Below the pieces are notes generated by a model. The model was given only the letters and a program-made list of their open reading frames with translations. It searched no databases and had not been told where the DNA came from. Positions 25,001 through 39,010 of a DNA stretch of 64,000 nucleotides are shown in pieces. Source of the DNA: Basidiobolus meristosporus CBS 931.73 (Eukaryota > Fungi > Basidiobolomycota). Location of the stretch: NCBI GenBank assembly GCA_002104905.1, contig MCFE01000215.1, positions 62,472 to 126,471 on the forward strand, given 5' to 3'. Position numbers and translations under genes: made by a program. Positions within the stretch are counted from its first letter, which is position 1. Each line of letters begins with the position of its first letter.

Positions 25001-26857
25001 AGTAGCTCCAACTGTTAGGGTGTATACTGTCAGGCTCCTCATCTTCTTCTATAACAAGATGTGTCTTCTGGCAAGCGGTATGTGTCCTCTTATTGTTGGG
25101 TGTTACCCCACAAAATGTTGACTGTAGTCCTGGGTTGGATCCTTGTATAGTGTACCACACTGACCCATCAGAATAGTTGGTAGTTGTAGCCTTAGTACTG
25201 GTCTCCCATGGTCTGCCTAACAGAAGGTCAAAGTTTGCCTTCTGGCAGATAAAGAGGGGAAGCCAGACCTTGATTCCTTGTACCTCAATAGGGAACTTGT
25301 GCACTACACCATAGAGTGGGCTAGACCCTGAGTTTGCATCAGTCATGTTCCATCCAATATCTCTATCAACAGGCAGTAGCTCCTTGCTTCTAAGTGTCTT
25401 CCAGAAGTCTAGCGGCATAACACAAATCTCTGAACCACTGTCAATATGGCAGTCAACAGGGTCATCATATATATACCCTTTCACCACAGCAGTTGCAACT
25501 GAGTAAAAGGTCTTGTATTTGGTAGCGGTGTCATCCTTTTTGTGGTCTTCATGGTTTGTCTGGATTATATGGGTGTCCATATGTTCAACAGCTTGTCTTC
25601 TTGTTCTAAGCTGCTCATCAAAGGTCTTCCTAACAGACGGTGATACACTCATGATTTCTCCAACTGACAAAGTGAGGTTCTGCTTCAGTAGTTTCTCAGT
25701 AATCAATTGGGGGCTTGAGTAGCCAGCTATCTTTGAGGTCATCTGAAAGTGAGGTAATGGGTCTTGAGTAGGCAGTGTTCCAGGCCTCTTGTCAATAATA
25801 ACCTCAGGCTCTTCAAATCGTGGTCTTCTAAGGATGGGTTTGACAGGTTCTTCAGGAAGGTGTCTCTTAGTAGCAAAGGTGTCTACTTCGTATTTTCTGT
25901 TGTCAGGGCTGTTTGGACTCACTGTATGAGTCTCAATAGGGGCATCAACAGTAATCTTTCTAGTTGCTGAGTCAGACTTCTGGAAAAGGGCTCTCATTCC
26001 GCCTCTTCGGAAATTAGTGGGAATCCTTTTTCCTTCCTTATCAGCAAGCATTCCATCAGCATCAAACTGTACTGTTCCTTCTCTAAGTAGCTGGCTAAGC
26101 TCTGAGCATTCACGTCTGGCATGCTGAGTAGAGTCACACCAAATGCAGTGTCTAGGCAAAGCTCTTTGGCCCTCAGTAGCTACCTCAGCTGAGCCGTTAA
26201 CCTTGAGGGCTAGCTTTTGTAGCTGTTCAGCAAGTTGGTCAATTCTGTCGGTAGTGTAGGTCTGATTGTCAGCAACAGCACTCTTTAGCTCCTTGGTTGG
26301 CTGGTCTGGCAGATTAGATGTCAAGAGTCTCATAAAGGTAGAAGTTTGCTTTGCCTCTAGGAGTACACGTTTCATCTCTGCAAAGCAAGGAATGCCAGAC
26401 TTGTCATCCTTGGCTGCATGTAGGTCAACTTTCCTTGCCAACTCCTGGGGAAGCCCTTGTGCAAGGTAAAGTGTCATGGTAAACTCAGTTATTGCCTGGG
26501 ACTCTAGGAGTGGCTTGGCCATATCTTCATATTGTTGAATGAACTCTTCAAGTGGTAGCTTGGAGAGTCCCATCCTTCCAAAGTGTCTGAGGTCCTCAAT
26601 TCCATAGTATATCTGGGGTCTGCCATACTCGGTCTGAAGGTAGGTCTTCATTAAGGTCCAGTCAGTCAGAATGTCTCCTTGTCTGAGAAGCTTAGTAGTA
26701 ATATCATCGTGCAGTAGTAGGGGAAGTCTTCAGCCATTTCTTGTTCAGATAGGCTGCACATCTTGCAGAGCTTCTCCCATTTGTATATGAAGCTCTCCAC
26801 ATTCTTTCCATCAAACTGTGGGGCTCCATGTGAGAGTGGTAACGGCATAGAGTTCAT
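22006..26857 (-). CDS. Ty3 gag-pol polyprotein with two 1-bp frameshifts (~26705 and ~22270)
   Basis: CIWCDSTQHARREC knuckle, IDSGS protease, FVDD RT, VDAS RNase H, integrase. Repairing single-base losses joins ORF 26666-26857 to 22182-26651 and extends the C-terminus (KWSGPY) to TAG at 22006. Confidence 0.88.
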
Positions 26858-26976
26858 TTTGGGTAGGTAGGTTGGTGTTGTAGTCTTGATAATATTGGTA
26901 GTCTTGTTTCAATAAATGGGTAACGGCTCAAATCTTCAGGTAAATCTTGTAGGGTCCTAGGGAGCTTGTATGAACC

Positions 26977-26993
26977 CCCCACGTTGGGTGCCA
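26977..26993 (-). promoter_or_regulatory. PBS, tRNA-Lys type
   Basis: TGGCACCCAACGTGGGG 4 nt after the LTR; matches the known Lys PBS TGGCGCCCAACGTGGGG with one CpG transition. Confidence 0.8.
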
Positions 26994-26997
26994 AATA

Positions 26998-28074
26998 TGT
27001 GGTGGTGTATAAGTCCAAAGGGCAAAATACGGCCAACACTTCTCAAGTGTGAATGTGTGTGGGGTGTTCACTGGGTGCGATAACCTCTGGCAAAAGCTTG
27101 CTAGGAATACTGGGTCTTTTATCTAATCTAATGTGATGGGGGATAAAGCCTCAAGCTTGTCAAGGGAAAACTATTGAACTACAATCCCCAACTTAGTTGG
27201 CGTCTTAACAAAAGTTTATAATGGCTTCGACGTCCTTTGAGATGACAATGTACTAAAGCTTCCAAAGTCAAAACAACTGTAAACTCCACCAACAGGGACT
27301 TGATAAGAATGCAGCTTTGACCAATAGTTACAAAGACTGAAAAGTATCTTTGCCTGTACAAGAACAAACTTGGGAAAACAAACAATATAATAAAATATAC
27401 CTACTCTGAGTATTCCTCACAAGTAGTGCCTCCAAGGTCAGTTGGCTGTCAGCGCGGTTTCCTGGGAGTATCGTCAGGTCTGAGTCAGAAAATAGTGGTA
27501 ATAGGTAGCGGTGATCTCACTAATCAATAAGTTGGAATATTGGAAGAGGGATGATTTATTTTAAGGGATAGCCTCCCTTATATACTTTTTTTGCTGCTCA
27601 ATTTCTTGCTAGAAAATACTTTCCGGAAGTTTCCAGAAGGTAGTAGACAACCAATCATGTCTTTGTGTACTAAAAATAGCGCAAATTCTTGGCGGATTGT
27701 TCCATGAGACATAGTAGTACCTAGCCAATCAGGTAGTGGTAACATGAAACCTCTGTGTCATGTGGTTGCCTCTTATGGTAGTGAGATGGGGATTATGAAA
27801 CCAGGATGGTCACGTGACATGGGCACTGTTGGGGTACTTGCCTTATAAGGTAACTATCTTATCTTGGCATCTCGGCAAGGAATAAGAATAGCTTGTGCAA
27901 TGGGGTAATAGGGACTAATAGTTTGTCAGGTTGCATAGTAATAATCACATAGACAAAATAGGAAATATTGCAAATTTGGGATGATAATAATATAGGCGGG
28001 GTAATCCTTTTTAGGGAAGTGAATGCATAAGAATGAGCACATCTGCCTGTGGGTGTCACTGTGACCCCACTACA
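26998..28074 (-). repeat. 5' LTR, Ty3 family 2
   Basis: Direct repeat of 20889-21966. Confidence 0.93.
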
Positions 28075-28379
28075 GCGGTGTTGTATAAGTCCAAACTGAG
28101 CTATAAGAGCTACTAGGAGATAAACTTGGGCAACTTAAGTCTGAACTTGCAAAAGATGATATATAACAGAGAGTATTTTTGTGTCATGTGAACTATATAG
28201 ATTCAAGACAAAAAAAGATGTAGTAGAAGCCCATGCAAAAGGTATGCACAAAGATAAACAAAAGCTGTATAGCAATGTTGTTGAACTACTCTCCCAACTG
28301 CAGTTGCAACTGAGTAACAGGTCTTATACCTAGTACCCTCATCATCCTTTTGGTGGTGTTAGTGGCTTGTTGGAATTAT

Positions 28380-30913
28380 ATGAGTATCCATGTACTCAAT
28401 GGCTTGTTGTCTTGTTCTAAGCTGCTCATTAAAGGTCTTCCTAATAGATGGGGATACACTCATGATCTCTCCAACCAGCAAAGTGGAGGTTTTGTTTCAA
28501 CCACTTTCTCAATGATCAGATGAGGGCTTGAGTAGCTTGCAATCTTTGAGGTCATCTGAAAGTGAGGTAATGGTTCTTGGGTGGTCAGCATACTGGGCCT
28601 CATGTCAATGGCAACTTCAGGCTCTTCAGATTGTGGTATTATGAGGATGTGTTTGACAGCTTCTTCAAGAAGGTGTCTTTTGGCAGCAAAGGCATCAACT
28701 TCATATTGTCTGTTGTCAGGACTGCTTGAGCTCACTGTAAGACTCCCAATAGGGGCATCAACTGTAATCTTTCTGGTTGCTGAGTTGGAAATCTGGCAAA
28801 GGGCTCTCATACCTCCTCATTGGAAATTGGTGGGGATCCTTCTTCCTTCCATGTCGGCAAGCATTCCATCAGCATCCAACTGTACAGTTTCTTCTTTGAG
28901 CTGTTGACTAAGCTTAGAGTATTCTCTTTGGGCATGCTGAGTGGAATTACACCTGATGCAGTGTCTGGGCCAAGGTTTTTGGCTCTCAGTAGTTATTTCA
29001 ACTGAGCCATCAATCTTGAGGGCTAGCTTTTGCGGCTGTTTGGCAAGTAGGTGATTCTTTTGGTAGTATAGGTTTGTTTGTCAGCAACAGCACTCCTTCA
29101 CTCCTTGCTCAGCTGGTCTGGCAGATTAGACTTCCGGAGTCTCATAAAGATGGACATCTGTTTTGCTTCTAGGAGAACATGTCTCATCTCTGCAAAGCAT
29201 GGAATGCTGGGCTTGTCACCCTTGGCTGCATGTATGTCCACTTTTTTTGTCATGTCTTGGGGAAGTCCTTGTGCAAGGTAAAGTGCCATGGTAAACTCAG
29301 TAATAGCTTGGGAATCTAGGAGTGGCTTGGCCATGTCTTCATACTGCCAAATGAACTCTACATGTGGTTGCTTGGAAAGTCCAGTTCTTCTAAAGTGGCT
29401 CAGATCTTCAATTCCATAGCTTATTGGGGGTCTACCATACTTGGCTTGTAGGTAGATCTTCATTAAGCCCAGTCAGTGAGTATTTTCCCTGTCTGAGAAG
29501 CTTGGTGGTATCTTTAGTGCAGTGGTAGGGAATTCTTCAACCATTTCTTGTTCAGAGAGGCTGCACATCTTGCAGAGCTTCTCCCACTCAAATAAGAAGC
29601 TTTCCACATTCTTCCCATCAAACTCTGGGGCTCTGTGTGAGTGTGGTAATGGCACAGAATTCATTCTGTGTAGGTAGGTTGGTGTTGTAATCTTGATAAT
29701 ATTGGTAATCTCCTTACAATAAGTGTGTAATGGCTCAAATCTTGGGGTAAATCTTGTTGGGTCCTAAGGAGCTTGTATGGGCCCCACATGTTGGGTGCTA
29801 AATATGTGGTAGAGTATAGTGTAAAGGAGAAATATCTCATATGTTGTAGAGTATAAGTGTAAAGGAGAAATATCTCCAACACTTCTCAAGAGTTTTGTGT
29901 GTGGGGTGTTCACTTGGTGCAATAACCTCTGGCAAAAGCTTGCCAGGAATACTTTGGTTCTGTCTCTAATCTAATGTGATGGGGAATAAAGCTACAAGCT
30001 TGTCAAGGGAAAACTATTGAGCTACAATCTCCATGTTAGTTGGCATCTTAACAAAAGTATTAGCTGGGTTCAGTATCCTTTGAGATGACAGTGTACTAAA
30101 GCTTTCAAAGTCAAAACAGCTGTAAACTCCTCCAGCAGGGACTTTATTAGAATGCAGCTGTAGTCAATAGTTACAAAGACAGAAAAGTATCTTTGCCTGT
30201 GCAAGAACAAACTCAAGAAAGAATCAAATACAACAAAACATACCTAATCTGAGTATTCCTCACAAGTAGTGCTTCTATGGTCAGTTGGCTGTCAGTGCAG
30301 CTTCCTGGGAGTGTCCTGTAGTCTGGAATTGGAAGTTCAGGTAGCAGTAGGTAGCAGTGATCACACCAATCAACAAGTTAGTATACTAATAATAGGGATG
30401 ATAATTTATTGTGGAGGGATTGCCTCCCTTATATACTTTTCTCACTGGTTAGGTGATTACTAATCAAGGTATTCCAGAAGGTTCCAGTGGTCAAATAGAA
30501 ATATTATTGACATCCAAATGAGCTAAGAATGCTCTAAGTAGGTGCCAGAAGGTTCTAAGAGGCACAGCACCCCCAACCAATCAGGGATCAATATATTGGA
30601 GCCTGTGTAACATAGGAATACCATATATGGTATCAAAATGGTAAGGATAGTGACACAGCTTGATCATGTGTTACAGGTACTGGTTTGGATACCTGCCTAA
30701 CATAGAAGCACTTACATCCAGTAATCTAACTTAAAGTGAGGGACAACTTATGCAATAAGGTAAGCAGGTGTGATAGTCAGCCAGCTTATGGGATAATACT
30801 GATCAAGTAAGACAAATGGGATAAAACTAATATAAGGGTAGTAGAAAAATAGGGAAGTAGAAACTATGGGAATGAGCACATCTGTCAGTGGATGTCACTG
30901 TGACCCCGCTTCA
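28380..30913 (-). mobile_element. Older, truncated relative of Ty3 family 2 (gag remnant, PBS, LTR 29805-30913)
   Basis: Broken ORFs 28460-29664 homologous to family 2 gag; LTR ends similar (TGTGGT..., ...GTCACTGTGACCCC). Confidence 0.85.
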
Positions 30914-31430
30914 ATGTCCTCAACTCATCTGTTAAGCTGTTCCATTGATTAGTCATCTGAGATCTATCCAACTACTTAGCAGTTTCCAAGACATCAGCTG
31001 ATTATTGAAGCAATTTCTCATTTATCTTATGCACCTATGAACACCCCAACATATTCAATGAGTCCAGTCACTTGGTGCTTACTAATTCAACTTGATCAGA
31101 AAAGTATTGATAAAGTTTACTGAACCTTTTGGTTTAGTGAGTGTCTCAACGAAAACAAGATTGTGCCTCAGCAAAATTAAGAATTCAACAACTCTGGTTT
31201 AGTTTCCATCCAAGTCTAGTATATCTAGCACTCCCAAGAAACCAAGCCTAGCCTACATAGCTAACCAAATCTGTTGCCTTTATAGCCCAGCTTGGCTATA
31301 TACAAGACTATTATTAGACCAGAGCTTCTCTGGTAATATTTCTGTCACTCTTGACAATTGTAAGATTTTACGCTTAGTTGCTACTTAGGCACAGTTAACT
31401 CATTCAAGAGTTTATTACACTTTTATCTTG
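30914..31430. repeat. Diverged ~510-bp direct repeat, copy 1 (copy 2 at ~34195-34720)
   Basis: Colinear similarity, e.g. TGTCCTCAACT.ATCTG.TAAGC...GATTAGTCATCTGA.ATCTATCCAAC. Confidence 0.7.
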
Positions 31431-31519
31431 GAAACAACAAAGTGACCTTCTGAAGCCATTTCAACCAGGAGTACACTGGAAGCATTGGGAATCATATGTA
31501 GACCTTATAAGAATATTTA

Positions 31520-34000
31520 TCCAGAAGCAGATCACCAATACCAACTTGACACATCCAGAGCTTTTGAGTAAGGAGTCTGTGATGTGATTTTAGTGGCAAT
31601 ACCTCAAATATAAAGCTGAATGCAGAGATCTCTGCTGCTACTATATCCATTCTCTATTCTATCTTGCTAGGTGTGTAGAGAATACTGGCCATTGCTTCAT
31701 CTTTTGAGAGTTTCCTATGGAGCAGATGTGTGGGGAGATCAGTAGACAAGTCAAGTTGCAGGTACTACCATATCCCAATCTCATCACAAAGATACATGGA
31801 ATTCATTAAGGAAGACTTAGAAAATACTGAGGAGATATATGCACATGGCAACACCTATACCATGGCAATAAGAAGCTAAGCAGCCGCAATGCCTGGGTAA
31901 TCAGTTAAGTAATGCAAAGTTGAGCTAGCAGCAACTGGCAACTAATTTACATTAGAAACACTCTACCAAAGTATGCAGGGTTTCTCTTGGTTGCAAGCCA
32001 GTTTCTACATCATTGAATATGAAATTTACACAAACAAGTGGCAGAGCGCACCTTTAAGGGGGACTAGAATCTGGCAGGGAGAAGGAATATATTGGCTCAA
32101 TTCCAAAAAGCTCTTTTTGGATATTTGGGAGGAATTCATGGCATCAGTGACAGTAACCAGGCATATGTTTGCAAGATGCATATGTTACCAGCAATACAAG
32201 GTCTATGGTAACTTTTGAAGTACCATATTGAGCAGATACATAGGTAAGGTGATAGAAGTGTGCTAGTTGTAACAGGTGTGCATGTTTGTAGAGGTTAATA
32301 AGCAGGAGGCCATAGTTTATTTTTTGATTTGAGCTATTTGTGGCATACCCAAGGTAGTGGTGGGTAGGCAAATAAACAGGGGTGATTATACAATGGAATA
32401 TATTAATTGCATATGGGGAGATACATAATAGTAAATTGGTATGGTAGCATTATACAGAGCTAGCTGTAGGCCACCATACTGCTGTAATAATATCATCAGA
32501 GGCTTGCAATGAGGCCATCAAGATACTATCAAGTTTTTTGCCATATATGGCAATGGGATGTACTAGCTGGTTAGATCCACTCAAATAGCTATAAAGTGCA
32601 GTAAGACTGCAATAATGCTATGCCACCCTTGGCCAAATACCACCCAAACACCATAGTGTATTTGAGCATTGGTTGGCAGTAAAATTGGCCAAACACTGTT
32701 GTGATCCCATCTTAAGACTACATAGAGTGTCATGCATTCTAAGCTACTAGTATAAGTAGTATTCAACAATGACAATGCAAGTACTGGATGCACTGGATAT
32801 GTATTTGGACAAGTGGCCTTTATAAGCATTTCTACCCAGAGTACATTGGAAGCATTGGGAGGCATACATTGACATTGTAGGAATAATTATGCCAATGCAG
32901 ATCACCAATGACAACTTGATCATCTGCAGCTTTTATGCAAAGGGCTTGTGACATGATTTGCGTAGCTATACTGCAAGCACAAAGCCAAACATGCAGATCT
33001 CTGCAACTACTGCATTCATACTCTAATCCATCTTGCTTAATGTGCAGTGAATATTGGACCTTATTTCACCTTTTTGGAGTCTCTTATGGATTGGATGTGT
33101 GTGCAGATAGGTAGACATGTCAACTGGCGACTACTACCAGATCTCAATCTCATTACTAATGTGACCTTCAATTTTTTTATGCGTATGATGAGTTTGCACT
33201 TGGAGGACACCCTGGAAGAGTTGGAATACATTGGGGAGCAATGTGCACATGGAGACACCTATGCCATTGGCATTAAGAAGCTAAGCAGCCCCAATGCATG
33301 GTGGAATAGTTAAGTATTGCAAAGTTGGGTTGGACATAACAAGCAACTAGTTTTTATTGGGAAAACTTTGCCAAAGTATACTGGGCTTCAATTGGGTATA
33401 AGCTGATTCTACACTATTCAATATTGAACTAATACAAACAAGAACCAGAGTGTACCTGGAAGTGGGAGTTAGATCTAGAAGGGAGAAGGGATATATTGGC
33501 CAAGTATGAGAAAGCTTTATGAGGATATTACACAAGTGTTCATGGCAAAAGTGGTGGCAACCTAGCATACCTTTGCAAGATGAATATGTAACCAGCAATA
33601 CAAGCTTTATAGCAACTTTGGAAGTACTATGCTGAACAGATATATAGTTGAGGAGATAAAAGTGTGTCAATTGCAGCAGGTGTGTTCTTATGTTGGGGTT
33701 AGTAGGCAGGAGGCCATATTTGATTTGATTTAAGCTATACATGACATACCCATGGTAGAGTGGGTAAGCAAATAAATTGGGATGATTCTGCAATGGTGTA
33801 TATGAATGGTGTAAGGGGAAGTTGCTAATGGAAGTACCATTTGGTAAATTGGTAAAGTAGCATTATACAAAATTGGCTGTAGGCTGCCATACTGCCATTT
33901 TAGTAACAATAGATGTCTGCAAGAGGGCCATCAAGATACTATCAGTTGTTTTCCATATATTTTAATTGGATGTACTAGCTGGCTGGAACTGCACAAACAA
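31520..34000. repeat. Diverged ~1-kb duplication (31520-32480 versus ~32890-34000)
   Basis: Shared blocks such as GCAGATCACCAAT..CAACTTGA, AAGAAGCTAAGCAGCC, GTAGCATTATACA; stop-ridden. Confidence 0.6.
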
Positions 34001-37000
34001 GTATAGGCCAACATGGAACCATGTGTTGTGCATCAACATTTAACACTTAGCCAACTTCACTCCATTACAAAATCTAGTACTCTAACTGATTTTCCCTAAC
34101 CCAAACATAACTAATCCCTGTTATGGTTTATTTTATCACTTCTCAGAAGCTATTTTTAGCTGTCAAACCTGATCAATTTTTGAGTGGTCATTATGTCCTC
34201 AACTGATCTGCTAAGCCTTTCCAAAGGATTAGTCATCTGATATCTATCCAACCACTTAGTAATTGTCAAGATATTAGCTGATTAATGATGCAATTTCTCA
34301 TTTATCTCACGCACCTATCAACACCCCAACAGATTTCATTTAGTCCAGTCTCTTGGCACTTACTAATTCTACCTGATTAGAAAAATATAAATAAAGATTA
34401 CTGAACCTTTTGGTTTAATGTGTGTCACAATAAAATTAAGATTGTGCCTCAGCAAAATTAAGAATTCAGCAATTCCATTCTGGTTTCCACCCAAGCCTAG
34501 CATATCTAGCATTCCCAAGAACATAAAGCCTAGCCTGTTTAGCAAACCAACCCTGTTGTATTTATATCCCAACTTAACTATATACAAAACCAATATTAGA
34601 CCAGAACTTCTCTGCTGATATTTCTGTCGCCCTTGACAATTCTAAGATTCTGTGCTTAGTTGTCACATAGGCTCAATTAACTCATTCAAGAGTTTTATTA
34701 CACTTTTCTCTTAGATACAACACCATGTAAATACTATCAGAACCCTGTTGCAGGACCATTATAATGCCATTAAATTTACTTACCTATTTAGCAGTAGTCT
34801 CAGCTATACACCATCACAATCTCATCATATGACTGTAATGAGGGTTAATGATTCCAAGCTGCAGGCATTATGCTGGCCTCATAATGAGATAATCATCAAG
34901 GTTGCCAGGCATGTACTTAGTCATAACAGTACTGATCATTGCAAGCTTATCACCAGGCTTGTAAGTTTTTGGCATTCCAGATTTGGCTAAGACCATACAT
35001 TTTATATCAAATGCCATAGCTGTTGGGAAAGTGGGCTTGTTATCATTGATGGGTGATATTTCTGCTGAGTGAGAAACATGTTGGGTTGGGAGTTGGGTAA
35101 TGGAGCTTTCAGGTGTGGTTTATGCATATTTAATCTGGACCCAACCAACAAAGCTGAGGTTGTATTTAGATGTAAAAATTGGAATACATTCAGGTTTGCA
35201 CATATAACATAAAAATGGGGTAGCATGTTGAACAAACTCTTTCAGGTGCAAATAGTGTATGTAAGTAATTTTAATAAGAGATTTTTAATTTAATGGCAAG
35301 AGATGTTGGCATGTAAACTTTTTGGATGTAAAAATAAGTATTGCTTTGATATTGGCAGATGTCTTTAATTTTGGCATGACAAAGATCAACATAACACTAA
35401 GGTTTAAACCCATGAATAGCAAGTAAAATTGCTTGGCTATTATATTTAGCATATCTGTAAATAACTACAGGAGCATCAGAAACCAATTGCAGATTGTATA
35501 AAAGCAGTCAATGACTAAAAAACATAGAGAGCAAAGTAACAAGAATTGATACTAAACAATATAGTAAAATAATAATACACTAGCAATGCATAAGTAAGAC
35601 AAGTAGTTATAATAAATAAAGTTTTAAAAAGTATATATCAATTACTCCAACTTGAACGTTTGAAAACTATTTGTTAATTACAACCAAATTTCACCATTCA
35701 AGAATATTTAATTAATATGAAGTCAAACCTGGTGTTTGAACTTGTTTTGTAATTCAAAATTAAATATCCAACATCAAAAATCAAACATCAGATATCAAAT
35801 TTTAAACTTAAGTATCAAACATCAAATATCATATATAATACTTAAAACTTTTTGAAAGTAACCTAAATATATAATACAAAAACACAACTCCTGTAATATA
35901 TAGTATAATGTATATATTTTATATCATAGGTGTTTGGTTTATTAACTCTCTGATCTTTTTGGCATTGCATTTTTAATTATAACCCAATTCCTATCTAACA
36001 TATTTTGTTCTTTAATAATATCAACATATGGATCTCAAGATGAACAATACATTTGCATTAATTTTTTCCATATAACATCCTTTTTTCTTTAACCTCAAGA
36101 TGTGTAGACAGACTGTTATTAAGTCTTTCCACAAAGTTTGTAAAAGCGCCAATATAACAGCCAAACACATCTTTTAAAAATGTTAAACTTCTTCCATGTC
36201 AATCCATTCTTCTACCTTCATCGGAATGTTTTTGCATATATCCAACTTTAATGTGCATTTAATTTCTAATATAGATATAAAACTGAACAATGGATACTTA
36301 GAACTGTCACATTTTGAATTATTAAACCTAATAGTAAAAACCTCCATTATTATTTTCTTGTCCTCTCTGTCTAAATTCACCCACTTACCATTCCTTTCTT
36401 GTAGCTACTGCAAAAGCAAAGGACACACACCAGACCATTACTTTGCAATGATATATAATCAGCAAAAAAAGCATGAATATTGAAATGCTACAACAACTGA
36501 AGATAGACTGTGCATATCTGTACTGAAAATTGCCACAATCAGGGAATCTCAGATGTATATTAACACTGGAGGATCTCAACACTGTGCATACCAAAAAGAA
36601 CATATACCCAGTATTAAGATAATCAAATTAGGATGGTCATGAGTGATTACAGAGCACTGGATGTATTTGGAGAGGGTACTATTCCAGCTAACCAAGGAAG
36701 CAGTGAAGGAAGCCACATACTTATCTTCATGGAGGCACTCTATGTGCCAGATATAGCTAAGAACCTACAATCTGTAAGCAAGGTCACAGCACAAGAATTC
36801 AGTTTCAGTGCTGACAATGCTGGTTGCCAGATCACAAATCAAAATGACACCTGAATTACTTTGGGTTTCAAAATAAAATCTATACAAGTTGACTTATATT
36901 TGATTATATCTGCAAGCTAGCATGAATATCTTAAATGAAGCAACACCAATGAACTGGCACAGGAGATTTGGACACACCAATTATGGTCAATTGTGCTTAA

Positions 37001-37207
37001 TACTCAAAGATCAGCTAATATCTGCAGTAAAAACTGATCCCCAAGCAGATTTGGACATCAAGGAAGCCTGTGTATATGGGAAGTAAGCAACACAATTGAT
37101 CAAGTGCTCTGGGCTAGTTTAAATTGAACATAAATTAAATCTAAATCAATCAGAATCATGTGGATATATGCAAAATATATTCACAGGTTTGATTATAGAC
37201 TTATTTT

Positions 37208-37911
37208 GTTGGATGGTGCAACATCCAGCCATGAGTGCCAAATGATGCCAAAATGTGCCAGGGAGGCCAAGTGAGCCTATAGTTGGCCACAGAGTGTAAA
37301 GCATGCTCTTCATCTTCATGCAAAGCAGCTCCTGTGTTTCACCCATTGTGCTGGAGAAAATCCATTTTTGACATTTTTTTAGATCAATGTTGTGCAGGAT
37401 GTGTAAGAGCACATCAGGATTGAAGACATGCATCTGGTACTCAATACCTATGGCACTTTGAATCCAGCTCCTGTGGCTTTTGTCACCTCACAAGAATGCA
37501 TGGCACTATATTGGTTCACTGGTAATATCTGGCACTATAAGTGCGTTATATAGGTTTTACTTAAGGGCTAATATTTAAATATGGTACCAGATAGAATCAG
37601 GGCACCAGGATAGTGCCAATCATTTTAATGACAGGATACAAGCCACAAAAGCTAGATTCAGAGGGCCGTGAGAATGGAGAATCAGATGCATGTCTTCAAT
37701 CCTGAAGTGTGCTTACACATCCTGCACAACATTGATCCAAAAAAAGGGTCAATAAATAGATTTTGCCAGTACAATGCAGGAAGCACAGGGGCAGCTTTGC
37801 ATGAAGATGAAAAGCTATGTTTCACACTCTGTGGCCAAGTTTAGGTCTAGTATACCCCACTAGTACACAATGCACTATTTTGCACTCATGGCTCAATGTG
37901 GCACTATCCAA
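37208..37911. mobile_element. Foldback/palindromic element, copy 1
   Basis: ~320-bp imperfect inverted arms, e.g. GATCAATGTTGTGCAGGATGTGTAAG / CTTACACATCCTGCACAACATTGATC. Confidence 0.75.
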
Positions 37912-39010
37912 TGAAACCAGTTTAATGTATTTAATCACTTTTATTGATGGCTAACAAAATACAAGTAGGTTTGGCTCAGCACAAGAAAAAAAGTGGCTCT
38001 GTCTTAGTTCTGGGAGCTTACAATCAGAGTGGAGCAAGAAATTGGCAAAAAAATCTAGTAAATAGGCTCTGTCAACTGTAGGGAATATACCTCTAAACAC
38101 CTCATTGACTTCTGCATGATTTGTAAGGTAAAGCAAGAGACTTCTGTACCATGCTCTTCATATCCAAATGCAGTGGCAGAATGTGTAGACAGATAAATCA
38201 CTGATATAGTAAGATCTGTGAGTCATGACCAAAAATACTCCAGTGATTTTTTGCAGAATCAGTTACTGTAGCTGTATATGTCAAAATTGGAGCTATAGCT
38301 GAATCCTTGTAATCCTGCTCCACTTGAGGCATGGTACATATATCAGATGTATTGCATTGAATGGTGCTACATTGAGCTACCTGTGCCAAATAATGCCATA
38401 GTGTGACAGCAAGGCATAGCATACCTATATTAGGCCACAGAGTGTCAAAGATATCTTAACATCATCATGCAGAGTAGCCCTTGTGTTTCACCTTCTGTGC
38501 TGGATAAAATCTGTTTATGGCCTTTTTTTTGTATCAATGCTGTACAAACTGTGTTAGAGTACAGAGGGCCTTATTAGATGCTTTTTAAAGCTATAGACTT
38601 TTGTCAAAAAGCACCTGTTATTTATTTCAAAAAAATGAAGGACCTATTTCAATGGCTGGAAACTTACCTTTTCATTCTAGAAGTATGCATATTGATATTA
38701 GACATCATTCCATATATAAGGCCATAGGGAATATCTTAGTTAACTTAGCTTAACAAGAAGGAAGAAGATGACTCTTGAATCAGCAGTGAAAACCAGCAAA
38801 GGACATACCTAATACCAACTAATGGCAGGAGCAACCTTTCTTGGAGCTACTTCACAAGGAAAGGACTCACATCAGACCAGTGCCTCAGAAAGAGAGATTA
38901 TCATCAGAAAAAGGATGATTAAAGAAACACTGCAATAAGTCAAGATATACCATACATACTTGTACCAAAGGTGACCAAAAGAAAGTATACACAGTCATGA
39001 GACTTGTTTG

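Larger units (their letters stand above)
20889..28074 (-). mobile_element. Full-length non-chromodomain Ty3/gypsy element, family 2
   Basis: LTRs of 1078 and 1077 bp with about 5 differences; PPT GAGAGGGGGGTGGA; tRNA-Lys-type PBS; no TSD found. Confidence 0.93.

Noticed and set aside
22260-26710. Programmed frameshifts in Ty3 family 2 and copia A
   Set aside because: These are single-base losses, often in homopolymers; the related copy at ~29510 keeps the base missing at ~26705. Mutation or sequencing error is more likely.
20884-28080. TSD for Ty3 family 2
   Set aside because: The flanks GACGC and GCGGT do not match.
35250-36380. AT-rich stretch with short ORFs
   Set aside because: No recognisable protein, repeat or regulatory structure.
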